A stretch of 64,000 nucleotides of DNA from Alphaproteobacteria bacterium (GTDB lineage: Bacteria > Pseudomonadota > Alphaproteobacteria > Rickettsiales > UBA3002), in contig JANRKD010000012.1 of assembly GCA_033763655.1 (NCBI GenBank), positions 26,606-90,605 of the forward strand. Reading direction: 5' to 3'. Position numbers and translations under genes: made by a program. Shown here piece by piece: positions 49,238 through 59,956 of the stretch; position 1 is the first letter of the stretch, and every line of letters begins with the position of its first letter. The notes beneath the pieces were generated by a model. It saw nothing but the letters and a program-made list of their open reading frames with translations. It had not been told where the DNA came from and searched no databases.

Positions 49238-50539
49238 CTAGCGCTTCGTAAAACATACCGCAAAAAATCCATCCATCCCGCCCTGCTCAGCGCACATGTC
49301 CGGTCGCGTCCGCAGATAGCCCTCAGATGTCAGGCAATGCGCCGGGACAGTGCTTGCCGCATCCCCCGTTGCCACCTGCGCATCCGCCTGCTGCTGGCCA
49401 AACCACGCTGCCTGCTGCTCGCCCTCCTCGGGTTCGAGCGAACACACGCAATAAACCATCCGCCCGCCCGGTTTGAGCCACCCCCAGACGCGGCTGAGCA
49501 GCGCACGCTGTAAGGCCACCATTTCGGCAATATGCTCGGGCGTAACCAACTGCACCACCTCCGGATGACGCCGCCAGGTGCCGGTTGCGCTACACGGCGC
49601 ATCAAGCAGAATCACGTCATAGGCTCGATTAGGCTGCCACTCCAGCGCATCGGCCACCACCGTATTCGCCTGCATTCCCATGCGCGCCAGGTTCGCTTTC
49701 AGCCGCTTCATCCGCGCGGCGGAGCGATCCAGCGCGGTGACGAACGCCCCGGCCTGAATCAGCTGCATCGCCTTGCCGCCGGGCGCGGCGCAGACATCGA
49801 GCACCTGCCGCTCGCGCAGATCGCCTGCCATGCGCACAGGGTAACTCGCCGCCACATCCTGCACAAAAAACGCGCCCGTCTCGTAGCCCGGAAGCTGCTC
49901 GACCGGCGGGTGCTCGCCCACGAAACGCAGCATCTGCGCATCGAGGCGCACGGCCCCCTCCATCGGCTGCGCGCACTGAATATCGAGCGGCGCGCGCTGC
50001 GCCGCCACCTGCGCCATCGTCGCGACCGCTGCGACGCCATACGCCGCTTCCCAGCGCGTGCGCAGCCAGGGCGGCAGGTTACTTTCCGGTGCGGGCAACT
50101 CCGGCTGGTCGCGGGCGATCTTTTGCAGCAACGCATTGACCAGCGCCGCGAACCCGGCATCCTTGCCCTTCTTCACCAGCATGACGGTTTCGTTGATGGC
50201 GGCATGCGCCGGCGTGTGCAGCAGCAGCAGTTGCACCACGCCAAGGCGCAGGGCGTTCATCACCTCGTGGCGCTTGGCAGGCAGCGGCTTTTCGAGATAG
50301 CGGGCGAGTACCGTATCCACCTGCCCGAGATGCTGCAGGCTGGTCAACACCAACCGCATGACAAAACGCTGGTCAGCTTCCGCACCGGTGAGCGGGTGTT
50401 TGGCGAGCGCTTCATCGAGCGTCTGCCGTTGCCCGAGCACCTCGTTGAGCAAACGATGTGCCTGCACGCGCGCACCAATGGCGGCGGGCGGACGCGAGGG
50501 TTTTTTATGGCGCGGCATCGTGGAGGGTGTGGAGTTCAT
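49238..50539 (-). CDS. rsmB: RsmB/Sun-family 16S rRNA m5C methyltransferase
   Basis: 433 aa with a NusB-like N-terminus, SAM motif LDVCAAPGGK, DAPCSATG, and YCVCSLEPEEGE. Confidence 0.85.
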   Translation of the reverse strand: MNSTPSTMPRHKKPSRPPAAIGARVQAHRLLNEVLGQRQTLDEALAKHPLTGAEADQRFVMRLVLTSLQHLGQVDTVLARYLEKPLPAKRHEVMNALRLGVVQLLLLHTPAHAAINETVMLVKKGKDAGFAALVNALLQKIARDQPELPAPESNLPPWLRTRWEAAYGVAAVATMAQVAAQRAPLDIQCAQPMEGAVRLDAQMLRFVGEHPPVEQLPGYETGAFFVQDVAASYPVRMAGDLRERQVLDVCAAPGGKAMQLIQAGAFVTALDRSAARMKRLKANLARMGMQANTVVADALEWQPNRAYDVILLDAPCSATGTWRRHPEVVQLVTPEHIAEMVALQRALLSRVWGWLKPGGRMVYCVCSLEPEEGEQQAAWFGQQQADAQVATGDAASTVPAHCLTSEGYLRTRPDMCAEQGGMDGFFAVCFTKR

Positions 50540-50603
50540 GGCTTGCTCATGCCAGTTAATCGGCGCGCTTGCAACCTCCGCCCCTGTGCACTACCTTTGA
50601 ACC

Positions 50604-50789
50604 ATGCGCGACACCCCCACACCGATACCTGACCTGCCCGCCGCCGAGGCCACGCTTTCGACATCTGCCGATGCTGCGCAGGCGGGCACTGCCGCCACGA
50701 CCGAGGCCAAGCCCGCGCCGTCACCTGCACGGCTCGACCCCACCCGCTACGGCGATTGGGAGTTAAACGGCAAATGTGTGGATTTTTAA
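50604..50789 (+). CDS. DUF1674 (SDHAF4-like) small protein
   Basis: 61 aa. C-terminal DPTRYGDWELNGKCVDF is the DUF1674 signature. Confidence 0.65.
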   Translation: MRDTPTPIPDLPAAEATLSTSADAAQAGTAATTEAKPAPSPARLDPTRYGDWELNGKCVDF

Positions 50790-51102
50790 GCCCGCCTGCC
50801 TCCCCTTCTCGCCCACGCCCTTCGCACCGCCCCTACGCGCCCGCGCCTGGCGCCATCAATCACGCGACGGGCCACCCGCCTCTTCCACTCCCACGGGCAC
50901 TCAACTTCCAACCGCATGAATTTCCTTTGATTTTAGCAGCAACCCTGACCGCGCTTTCCCCGCAAGCGCGACCTATTGACGCCCGCACAGAGGAGGCTCC
51001 GCCCCGCCGCATAGGCCTGCCCGACCGCTGGCAATAAAAAGTGCGCTTACCCTCTTGACGCCATGCGTCGATTCGCTTAAGCAGACGTCCTGTTTTTCGC
51101 GT

Positions 51103-52691
<1,589 letters not shown>

Positions 52692-52707
52692 GCGATGCCT
52701 CCATTTC

Positions 52708-52944
52708 TCAGGGATTAGAAAAGGTTACATCGTCAACGATAACAGGTGGCACCTCGCAATCAACGCTGCTTTTGTCTCTTTTGTTCAATAAAAGCAGCTG
52801 GTTAATGCCTAGATGATAATCATAGATATTATCCACGAGCATCCACACGGCATTCACTAATTCGAGCTTTTCCTCCTCGGTGAGATCGAACTGATCAACA
52901 TACTGCCGATAGGGAGAGAGATCTGTGATCATCTCATCCCCCAT
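52708..52944 (-). CDS. Hypothetical acidic protein upstream of the recombinase
   Basis: 78-aa ORF, 16 nt upstream of the recombinase ATG on the same strand. No family recognised. Confidence 0.4.
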   Translation of the reverse strand: MGDEMITDLSPYRQYVDQFDLTEEEKLELVNAVWMLVDNIYDYHLGINQLLLLNKRDKSSVDCEVPPVIVDDVTFSNP

Positions 52945-53063
52945 TGCGTAAACACATCACTGGAGAAGAGATCGCTGTGCTAAATGAAGTGCTCCGACGC
53001 ACCTCTCGCGATCTTTCCATGTAACATACAGAAAATTGTTCACTGTGTTTAGTGCTAAGATGT

Positions 53064-53465
53064 TCAAACACGGGAAAGCCCTCCCTGTGCTGAATTTAGG
53101 CGCACGGCGATCATATAAACCGCTACACGATAGCGATAATGCAGCGTGGTACGGCAGTAGCCCAAACGCTTGGCAATCGGTTTCCACGGCACTCTGGCGG
53201 CACGCAGCCAAATCAGGCGGCGGTCGATTTCATCATCGAGGAAGAAAATCCACTGGATGGTTTCTTCCATTTCGGCAATCGCCTGCGCCGATGGTGGTCC
53301 GAGGCGAAGCGGCAGCTTATCAGCCTGAAGTTTCTCCGCTTCCGTGAGCATGACGGCTGGCCACTGTGTTTTGTAGCCCATCACCCGCACCGGCGGCAGG
53401 CGCTTCAGCGTGTACACTGCGCTTTCAAAACGCCTCACTACGTCAATCGCTGTCCACTGTTTCAT
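53064..53465 (-). CDS. Hypothetical protein (island-associated, possible HTH at the C-terminus)
   Basis: 133-aa ORF whose start overlaps the stop of the upstream 404-aa gene (ATGA). The C-terminal KRLGYCRTTLHYRYRVAVYMIAVRL looks HTH-like. Confidence 0.45.
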   Translation of the reverse strand: MKQWTAIDVVRRFESAVYTLKRLPPVRVMGYKTQWPAVMLTEAEKLQADKLPLRLGPPSAQAIAEMEETIQWIFFLDDEIDRRLIWLRAARVPWKPIAKRLGYCRTTLHYRYRVAVYMIAVRLNSAQGGLSRV

Positions 53466-54676
53466 GGCTGCACCTCCCGCGTGGCCAGCGCCACGTCCGT
53501 AATGCGGTGCGATTGATAGCTATGCTCCGCCCACCAGAGTTTCAGGTGCGGCAGGTAGTGCGTGGTGAGCCACTCCCGCACAAAGCGGTTCGGGCAAGCG
53601 ATGATCACGCAGGCGCCATCGCCCCTGACTTCCGCGCCGCGCACGGCGGTGCTGGATAGCCAGCTTTTGCAGGCAGCCTTGCCGAATTTGTCGGTGAAGC
53701 AGGCCAGCACATGATCCCAGCCTGATTGTAACAGCGGATCATTGCAGACCGGTGGTGGTGCTGGATGTTTGCCGCCGGAGAAGCCGCCTTCCAGAATCTT
53801 GGCCACATGATCGCTGGATTCCACTGCCCAGCTGAGATCAATCGTCCAGTTCTTGCCTGCAATCTTGCCGAGGCAAAACTCCGAAGCGCCGATGATCTCG
53901 CAGTAGTAGCGCCACGCTCTGATGTCTTGCTGGAAATCTTCCAGCCACCGCATGGTCATCTGTTCTTTGCGTTTGGGCGTCAGCTTTGCATTCTGCCCCG
54001 GTGTGAGCTTGCTCTGCACCTCTGCATTCCAGATGTCGAGCATCTGCTCTAAAATCTGTTTTCCACCGGTTGTCTGTTTTTCTCTCTCGCGCTCTCTCTT
54101 TTCTGCTCTCGCTCTGATTTTTTTATCTGAATTTGTTTTTTTATCTGCGTCTTTCTCTGCATCTGTTCTGGAATCTGAAGTTCTGTCCTCTGAATCTGTA
54201 ATCTGCTTTCTGTTCTCTGTATCTGGTGCGGATTTGGCGTTTTTTGGTGATTCGGCGTGATGCTCCGTGACGGTGTGTGACGCTTCGTGATTCTCCGTGA
54301 TGTCCTGTTTTTTGCCGTCGCGGTATTTCTGGGCGCGTTCCTTATCGCTGAGATACTGGCGCGTTTCCCAGCTTGTGACGCGGTTTTGCTCGTTGATCAT
54401 GCCCTTTTCGCGGAAGGTTTGTAGAATCCTCTCCACGATCTTCTGGTCAATATCCTGCACCACCGCGATCTGCTCGGAATCCACTTCCACCGTGCCGCGT
54501 TTCTTGTGGCGCGAGGCGGCATCCAGCACGCACAGCCATACCGTCACCACATGCGTCATCAGCTGCTCGCTACGCTTGGCAATCACCTTGAGTTTTGCGT
54601 CTTCCGGCATGCCGTGATACACCCTGTACCATTCGATGGATGTCATGGGGAACCTATGCGCCGCTGGCATTGTCAT
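53462..54676 (-). CDS. Phage-type replication-initiator/replisome-organizer-like protein
   Basis: 404 aa. N-terminal winged-helix-like region, a central low-complexity charged linker, and a C-terminal DnaA-N-like region (CPNRFVREWLTTHYLPHLKLWW). Alternative start at 54646. Confidence 0.5.
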   Translation of the reverse strand: MTMPAAHRFPMTSIEWYRVYHGMPEDAKLKVIAKRSEQLMTHVVTVWLCVLDAASRHKKRGTVEVDSEQIAVVQDIDQKIVERILQTFREKGMINEQNRVTSWETRQYLSDKERAQKYRDGKKQDITENHEASHTVTEHHAESPKNAKSAPDTENRKQITDSEDRTSDSRTDAEKDADKKTNSDKKIRARAEKREREREKQTTGGKQILEQMLDIWNAEVQSKLTPGQNAKLTPKRKEQMTMRWLEDFQQDIRAWRYYCEIIGASEFCLGKIAGKNWTIDLSWAVESSDHVAKILEGGFSGGKHPAPPPVCNDPLLQSGWDHVLACFTDKFGKAACKSWLSSTAVRGAEVRGDGACVIIACPNRFVREWLTTHYLPHLKLWWAEHSYQSHRITDVALATREVQP

Positions 54677-54866
54677 TGCCTTGCGCTTTCAATTTTTTGG
54701 TGATGGCTGAGGTGAGCGCCCGGATCGCAGTCAGCGAGCGATGAAACTCTCGGTTGGCGAGTCTTCGGTAATGGATCAATTCATCCAGATCCATGTGGAG
54801 CAGCGCCTGCTCCGACAGGTGCATCAATTCTTCAAAGCGTGAGATGGGGGATCGTGAATCGTTCAT
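54654..54866 (-). CDS. Hypothetical small protein
   Basis: ORF trimmed to the ATG at 54866, which has a GGAGG RBS 7 nt upstream. About 70 aa, helical by composition. Confidence 0.4.
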   Translation of the reverse strand: MNDSRSPISRFEELMHLSEQALLHMDLDELIHYRRLANREFHRSLTAIRALTSAITKKLKAQGNDNASGA

Positions 54867-54879
54867 GGTGTGCCTCCGT

Positions 54880-54898
54880 TGTTTGAACTGTTCAAACA
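54880..54898. promoter_or_regulatory. 19-bp perfect palindrome (operator candidate)
   Basis: tGTTTGAAC-t-GTTCAAACa, read directly, immediately upstream of the RBS of the 54866 gene. A half-site tgttcaaacacg recurs at 53061-53072. Confidence 0.4.
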
Positions 54899-54979
54899 CG
54901 AAGCTGTACGAACGATGGGTGGGCTGGCGTGGGGCTTGCCTAGGTGTCGCTTAGGGCTGGGATAGGGCTGGGCTTGGAC

Positions 54980-55507
54980 TTACGAAGCCGGGTGGATGAT
55001 GAATGTCACCACCCCATGCACCTTGAGTTCTTCGCCTTCTTTGATCAGGCGCGGCTCATAATCAGGATTTTCCGGCACCAGCATGATGTCACCATTCTGG
55101 CGATAAAGACGCTTCACGGTCAGTTCCCCGTCCACCGACACGATCACAATATCGCGATGCTCTGGCGTTTTGCCCAAATCGACCACCAGCACATCATCCT
55201 CGCGGATGCCTGCATCAATCATCGAGTCACCCGTCACGCGCACGAGATAGGTGCAATCCGGGTTCTTGATCATCAGCTCGTTGAGATCAATCGTATCATC
55301 CAGATGATCTTCCAGCGGCGTCGGGATGCCAGCTGGGACGCGGGACGAATACAGCGGGACTTTGTAACCACGGTTTTGCACAAACCTACACACATCCCCC
55401 ATCAGGCTGAGTGGAATGCGGATCGGCTTCGTTGCTTCGCCGTGTGGTCCTTTACCTTTTGGCCTTCCGGCACCCTTGCGTTTGCCGCCGTGCGATGTGT
55501 TCTTCAC
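54980..55507 (-). CDS. S24-peptidase (LexA/UmuD-like) autocleavable repressor candidate
   Basis: 175 aa with a GTG start and GAGGGA RBS. Basic N-terminus (GGKRKGAGRPKGKG), cleavage-site-like PAG-IP, catalytic GDSM, and TVKRL lysine. Confidence 0.7.
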   Translation of the reverse strand: MKNTSHGGKRKGAGRPKGKGPHGEATKPIRIPLSLMGDVCRFVQNRGYKVPLYSSRVPAGIPTPLEDHLDDTIDLNELMIKNPDCTYLVRVTGDSMIDAGIREDDVLVVDLGKTPEHRDIVIVSVDGELTVKRLYRQNGDIMLVPENPDYEPRLIKEGEELKVHGVVTFIIHPAS

Positions 55508-55527
55508 GCGAAGTTCCCTCGTAGGTT

Positions 55528-55576
55528 GTCAATGCAGTTGACGCTTCCTAGTATATTACTGTACATAATTCAAGAG
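55528..55576. promoter_or_regulatory. Divergent promoter/operator region: inverted repeat plus SOS-box-like site
   Basis: GTCAA-tgcag-TTGAC (55528-55542) overlaps a TTGACG -35-like hexamer. tactgtacataattcaag (55558-55575) resembles CTGT-N8-ACAG with an imperfect right arm. Confidence 0.3.
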
Positions 55577-55619
55577 GCATATAAAAGCATAATTTAGCAA
55601 GCAAAATCGGGAGGCTGGT

Positions 55620-56402
55620 ATGCCATTTCCGGAACGGGAGTATTACACATTGGAGCAAGCGGCACGGCGTTGGGCGGCAACACTGGAAGAAGTTCAGCAC
55701 GCCATTGTCGCAGGAAAACTTCATGCTTCGGCATGGGTTCCCTCAACTTTTGCCTATACGATTACCGAACACAGCCCCGATAGCGCCACCCGTTCCCCAG
55801 CGCAACCATTGGAAGGATATGTCCGCCTGATGCCGGAATCCTGCCGAATTATCTTCTCTCGTGGCGCGGTAGAGCGCCGGAAATTTCAGACAAACTTGCC
55901 CAACACTTATTTGCAGATTGTCGAGAGCCTGAACAAAATTGAGCTTCGCCGTGATGATTTGGTGATTCTGAACGATGATCTGCGCCAGTTCGAGCGTGAG
56001 TATCATCTGGTGGCCAGTAAACCGTGCAAAGTGATTAGTGTACACAAAATCAATGCCAAGTCCTCCGCCCGGACTCATGCGCTTTTCAGCTATCAGAACG
56101 GCTTCCGCTTTGTACGGCTGGATGGAATACAATTCACCTTCGGCGAGATACAGGCCGCCATCATCCGCCAGCTCTATGAAGCCAGCGCCACCGATAACCC
56201 GTGGGTGCATGGCAAAACGCTACTATCAAATGCCGGTTCCAATTCCATGATCATGCGTGACGTGTTCCGTCATCAACCCAAATGGAAGGAGCTGATCCAT
56301 ACCAACGGGCGCGGCTTCTACCGCCTGAGCCCTATGTGCAGCCCTATCTCGGCTCCACCTGAGCCCTACCTGAGTCACACCCAACAAGAGGAAAATGTTT
56401 AA
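55620..56402 (+). CDS. Hypothetical protein translationally coupled to umuD
   Basis: 260-aa ORF with RBS GGGAGG. N-terminal YYTLEQAARRWAATLEEVQHAIVAGKL looks like an excisionase/MerR-type HTH. The stop overlaps the umuD start (TAATG). Confidence 0.5.
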   Translation: MPFPEREYYTLEQAARRWAATLEEVQHAIVAGKLHASAWVPSTFAYTITEHSPDSATRSPAQPLEGYVRLMPESCRIIFSRGAVERRKFQTNLPNTYLQIVESLNKIELRRDDLVILNDDLRQFEREYHLVASKPCKVISVHKINAKSSARTHALFSYQNGFRFVRLDGIQFTFGEIQAAIIRQLYEASATDNPWVHGKTLLSNAGSNSMIMRDVFRHQPKWKELIHTNGRGFYRLSPMCSPISAPPEPYLSHTQQEENV

Positions 56403-56860
56403 TGACCGCTCTGCACGCACATCACCGCACGCATCCGCCGTTTCAGATTCTGGAACCGGCTGATTATCCTTCCAGCCTTCGCCTGCCACTATTCGCCTGC
56501 GCGGTGCAGGCTGGGTTTCCATCACCGGCGGATGATTACATGGAGGGAAAGCTCGATCTCAACAAGCATCTGATCCGCCACCCCACCGCGACATTCTTCC
56601 TGCGTGCCACCGGCAATTCAATGATCAAGGCAGGCATTCATCCCGGCGATATTCTGGTGGTGGATCGCAGCCTAGAGCCGCGTCACGGCAAAATTGTGAT
56701 TGCGGCGCTGGATGGACAGTTGACCGTCAAGCGCCTGCATAAATCCGCAAAAGGCACCTTCCTGATGCCTGAGAACGACGAGTTCAAACCCATCAAGATT
56801 GAGGATGGAAACGACGTGGTGATCTGGGGTGTTGTTACCACCGTGCTGCACGAGGTGTAG
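56402..56860 (+). CDS. umuD: Translesion polymerase V accessory subunit UmuD
   Basis: 152 aa. [19 protein letters not shown] (cleavage region), GNSM (Ser), TVKRL (Lys). Confidence 0.85.
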   Translation: MTALHAHHRTHPPFQILEPADYPSSLRLPLFACAVQAGFPSPADDYMEGKLDLNKHLIRHPTATFFLRATGNSMIKAGIHPGDILVVDRSLEPRHGKIVIAALDGQLTVKRLHKSAKGTFLMPENDEFKPIKIEDGNDVVIWGVVTTVLHEV

Positions 56861-56861
56861 T

Positions 56862-58124
56862 GTGGCAAAAATTTTCGCACTCATCGACTGCAACAACTTC
56901 TATGCCAGCTGCGAGCGGGTGTTCAACCCGTCGCTGGTTAGCAGGCCGATTGTTGTGCTTTCCAACAATGACGGGTGCGTGGTGGCCAGATCGAATGAGG
57001 CCAAGGCTTTGGGCATTCCGATGGGTGCGCCGTATCACCAGCACAAAGCTGTGATCGAAAAAAACAGTGTGGCGGTGTTTTCCTCTAACTACCAGTTTTA
57101 TGGCGATATGTCGCAGCGAGTCATGGAATCCCTGCGCCTGCTAGTGCCGGATATGGAAGTCTATTCGATTGATGAGGCATTCATGCGGTTGGATGGTTTT
57201 ACCCATGTTGATCTGACGACTTTCGCCAGCGATATTCGCAGCAAAGTCCGCCAATGGACAGGCATTCCCACCTCTATCGGGATTGCGCCCACCAAAACGC
57301 TGGCCAAGATCGCCAATCATGTGGCGAAGAAACGCACTACCACCGGCGTGTTTGATATGCGCGACCCCATAGTGCAGGAGCAGATCATGCGCGATCTGCC
57401 CATCGAAGAAATCTGGGGCATCTCCTATCGCTGGGGAAAGAAGCTCCGCGCCATTGGCATCACCACGGCCTTGCAGCTGAAAAACAGTGATCCCAAGCAT
57501 ATCCGAAAGCATTTCAGTGTGGTGGGTGAGCGCATCGTCATGGAGTTGCGCGGTCTTTCCTGCCTCGATCTGGAACAAATATCACCGAAGAAGAATATCC
57601 TTTCCTCGAAATCATTCGGCAAGCTGGTGACGGATCGTGATCAGATCGAAGAAGCGCTGGCCAACTATGCCGCTCGTGCCTGCGAGAAATTGCGGCGGCA
57701 GAAAAGCAAAGCACAGGGGATTTATGTGTTCATCCGCACCAACCCCTTCCGTGATCGTGATCCGCAATATCGAAACGGCGTAATGCTTGGCCTTACACTT
57801 CCCACGTCAGACACGGCGCAAGTGATCGCTGTTTCCAAAGCACTTCTGAAATCAATTTATCGCAAGGGATACCGCTATCATAAGGCAGGCCTGATGCTGC
57901 TCGATCTGATCCCGGAGGCACAATGTCAATCGCATCTGTTTGTGGCGCGGGATGATGCAAAGCGAGACAGGCTGATGCGGGTGATGGATCAGATGAATCA
58001 GTCCATGGGAACCGGCACCGTGTTTCATTTGGCGCAGGGAACCAAGCGTGACTGGAGCATGCGCTGCGATAATCGCTCTCCACGCTACACCACCAAATGG
58101 GAGGAGTTGGGAAAAGTGGCATAA
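56862..58124 (+). CDS. umuC: Y-family DNA polymerase V catalytic subunit UmuC
   Basis: GTG start 2 nt after the umuD stop. [36 protein letters not shown]. Confidence 0.9.
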   Translation: MAKIFALIDCNNFYASCERVFNPSLVSRPIVVLSNNDGCVVARSNEAKALGIPMGAPYHQHKAVIEKNSVAVFSSNYQFYGDMSQRVMESLRLLVPDMEVYSIDEAFMRLDGFTHVDLTTFASDIRSKVRQWTGIPTSIGIAPTKTLAKIANHVAKKRTTTGVFDMRDPIVQEQIMRDLPIEEIWGISYRWGKKLRAIGITTALQLKNSDPKHIRKHFSVVGERIVMELRGLSCLDLEQISPKKNILSSKSFGKLVTDRDQIEEALANYAARACEKLRRQKSKAQGIYVFIRTNPFRDRDPQYRNGVMLGLTLPTSDTAQVIAVSKALLKSIYRKGYRYHKAGLMLLDLIPEAQCQSHLFVARDDAKRDRLMRVMDQMNQSMGTGTVFHLAQGTKRDWSMRCDNRSPRYTTKWEELGKVA

Positions 58125-58196
58125 ACACATGATTGACGGTTGTTTGTTCCGTGATTTCCTGTATTTTCTGAAACGAAACTCGCACAGGGTGAGGAA

Positions 58197-58385
58197 ATGA
58201 ACACGGACATAATGACAATCGATGAGGTAGCGGACTACCTCAAACTGAAACTGAAAACCGCCTATCACCTCGCGGCAAAGGGTGACATTCCCGGCTTCAA
58301 AGTCGGTGGATCATGGCGGTTTCGTCGCAGCGAGATTGAAAAGTGGATTAAACGGCAAGAAGCCGGGAAAAAGGAGAGCAAATAA
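58197..58385 (+). CDS. Excisionase-family helix-turn-helix DNA-binding protein
   Basis: 62 aa. MTIDEVADYLKLKLKTAYHLAAKGDIPGFKVGGSWRFRRSEIEKWI is the excisionase/MerR-type HTH pattern. The stop overlaps the hsdM ATG (TAATG). Confidence 0.7.
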   Translation: MNTDIMTIDEVADYLKLKLKTAYHLAAKGDIPGFKVGGSWRFRRSEIEKWIKRQEAGKKESK

Positions 58386-59956
58386 TGGCTGACACAAAAA
58401 AAGAACAGGAACGCTCAGCGTTACACTCCACCATTTGGCGAATCGCCAACGACCTTCGCGGCAGCGTTGATGGCTGGGACTTCAAGCAATATGTATTGGG
58501 CATCCTCTTTTACCGCTTCATCTCAGAAAATCTAAGCTCTTACGTGAATGAAAAACAAAAACAGGCTGGCGAGCGTAACTTTGACTACGCCGCATTAAGC
58601 GATAGCGATGCAGAGCGTGGTCGCGAACTGATTCTTGAAGAAAAAGGCTTCTTCATTCACCCCAGCGAGTTGTTCGAGAACGTTTGCAAACGCGCAGAAT
58701 CTGATGCCAACTTGAACGAAACGCTTGAGAAAGTGTTCAAAAATATCGAGGCTTCCGCCCAAGGAACCGACAGTGAAAGCGACATGAAGGGGCTGTTTGA
58801 TGACATTGATGTGAACAGCAACAAACTTGGTGCGACGGTCGTAAGGCGCAACGAAAAGCTGGTGAAGCTGCTCAATGCTATCGGCGAGCTGCCGATTGGT
58901 AATTATGGCGATAACTCCATCGATATTTTTGGCGATGCGTATGAATATCTGATGACCATGTACGCGGCCAACGCTGGGAAATCCGGTGGCGAGTTCTTCA
59001 CGCCGCAAGAGGTTTCTGAACTTCTCGCACGCATTACCGTGGTAGGAAAAACAGAGGTCAACAAAGTATATGATCCCGCATGCGGCTCTGGATCGCTGCT
59101 GCTGAAGTTTGCCAAGGTGCTGGGCAAAGAAAACGTGCGGAATGGTTTCTATGGTCAGGAAATCAATATCACGACTTACAACCTTTGCCGCATCAATATG
59201 TTTTTGCACGACATCAACTATGAACAATTTGATGTTGCACATGGTGACACACTCACCGACCCCCACCACTGGGATGATGAACCATTTGAAGCCATCGTGT
59301 CTAATCCGCCATACTCGATCAAATGGGACGGTGACGCAAACCCACTGCTGATTAACGATGATCGTTTTACGCCAGCGGGTGTTCTTGCGCCAAAATCAAA
59401 AGCTGATCTGGCGTTTGTGATGCACGCCCTTTCATGGCTGGCAACCAACGGTACAGCTGCAATCGTTTCTTTCCCCGGCGCGATGTATCGCGGCGGCGCG
59501 GAGCAAAAAATAAGGAAGTATCTGGTTGATAATAATTACGTCGATGCTGTGATCCAGCTCCCAACCGATTTATTCTTTGGAACCACCATCGCCACCTGCA
59601 TATTGGTTCTGAAAAAGAACAAATCCGACAGCAAGGTGCTGTTCATTGATGCAACAGCTGAGTTTGTGCGCGGTTCAGCGAAAAATAAGCTGAATGATGA
59701 ACACATTACGAAGATTCTGGATTGCTACGCCAGCCGCTCTACGGAAGAACATTTCTCCCGCCTTGTGCCGCATAAAGAGATCGAGGAAAAAGATTATAAC
59801 ATCAGCGTTGGTACTTATGTTGCGCCCAAGGATGAACGCAAAGCTGTCAACATCTCCGAACTGAATGCACGAATAGGTGACATTGTAAGTAGGCAAAATG
59901 AACTGCGCTCACAGATTGACGCAATTGTAGCCGACTTAGAGGGAGACGCCGCATGA
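58385..59956 (+). CDS. hsdM: Type I restriction-modification methyltransferase subunit HsdM
   Basis: 523 aa with an HsdM N-terminal domain, SAM motif YDPACGSGSLL, and catalytic NPPYS. Confidence 0.92.
   Translation: MADTKKEQERSALHSTIWRIANDLRGSVDGWDFKQYVLGILFYRFISENLSSYVNEKQKQAGERNFDYAALSDSDAERGRELILEEKGFFIHPSELFENVCKRAESDANLNETLEKVFKNIEASAQGTDSESDMKGLFDDIDVNSNKLGATVVRRNEKLVKLLNAIGELPIGNYGDNSIDIFGDAYEYLMTMYAANAGKSGGEFFTPQEVSELLARITVVGKTEVNKVYDPACGSGSLLLKFAKVLGKENVRNGFYGQEINITTYNLCRINMFLHDINYEQFDVAHGDTLTDPHHWDDEPFEAIVSNPPYSIKWDGDANPLLINDDRFTPAGVLAPKSKADLAFVMHALSWLATNGTAAIVSFPGAMYRGGAEQKIRKYLVDNNYVDAVIQLPTDLFFGTTIATCILVLKKNKSDSKVLFIDATAEFVRGSAKNKLNDEHITKILDCYASRSTEEHFSRLVPHKEIEEKDYNISVGTYVAPKDERKAVNISELNARIGDIVSRQNELRSQIDAIVADLEGDAA

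Noticed and set aside
49532-50632. 366-aa ORF on the + strand
   Set aside because: Antisense shadow of rsmB.
54100-54230. Cluster of about 7 ATCTG (CAGAT) motifs as iterons
   Set aside because: Most spacings are multiples of 3, and the motif corresponds to in-frame (T/S/A)-Asp codons of the charged linker. An amino-acid-level repeat explains it. Only the 10-bp-phased GTGA array was kept as a finding.
55511-55530. Alphaproteobacterial LexA box (GTTC-N7-GTTC) upstream of the S24 and umuDC genes
   Set aside because: The sequence is GTTC-N8-GTTG, with the wrong spacing and an imperfect second half, so it is not convincing.
56829-56861. Upstream start for umuC
   Set aside because: It would overlap the end of umuD by 32 nt. 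The GTG at 56862 gives the canonical UmuC N-terminus ([16 protein letters not shown]) directly after the umuD stop.
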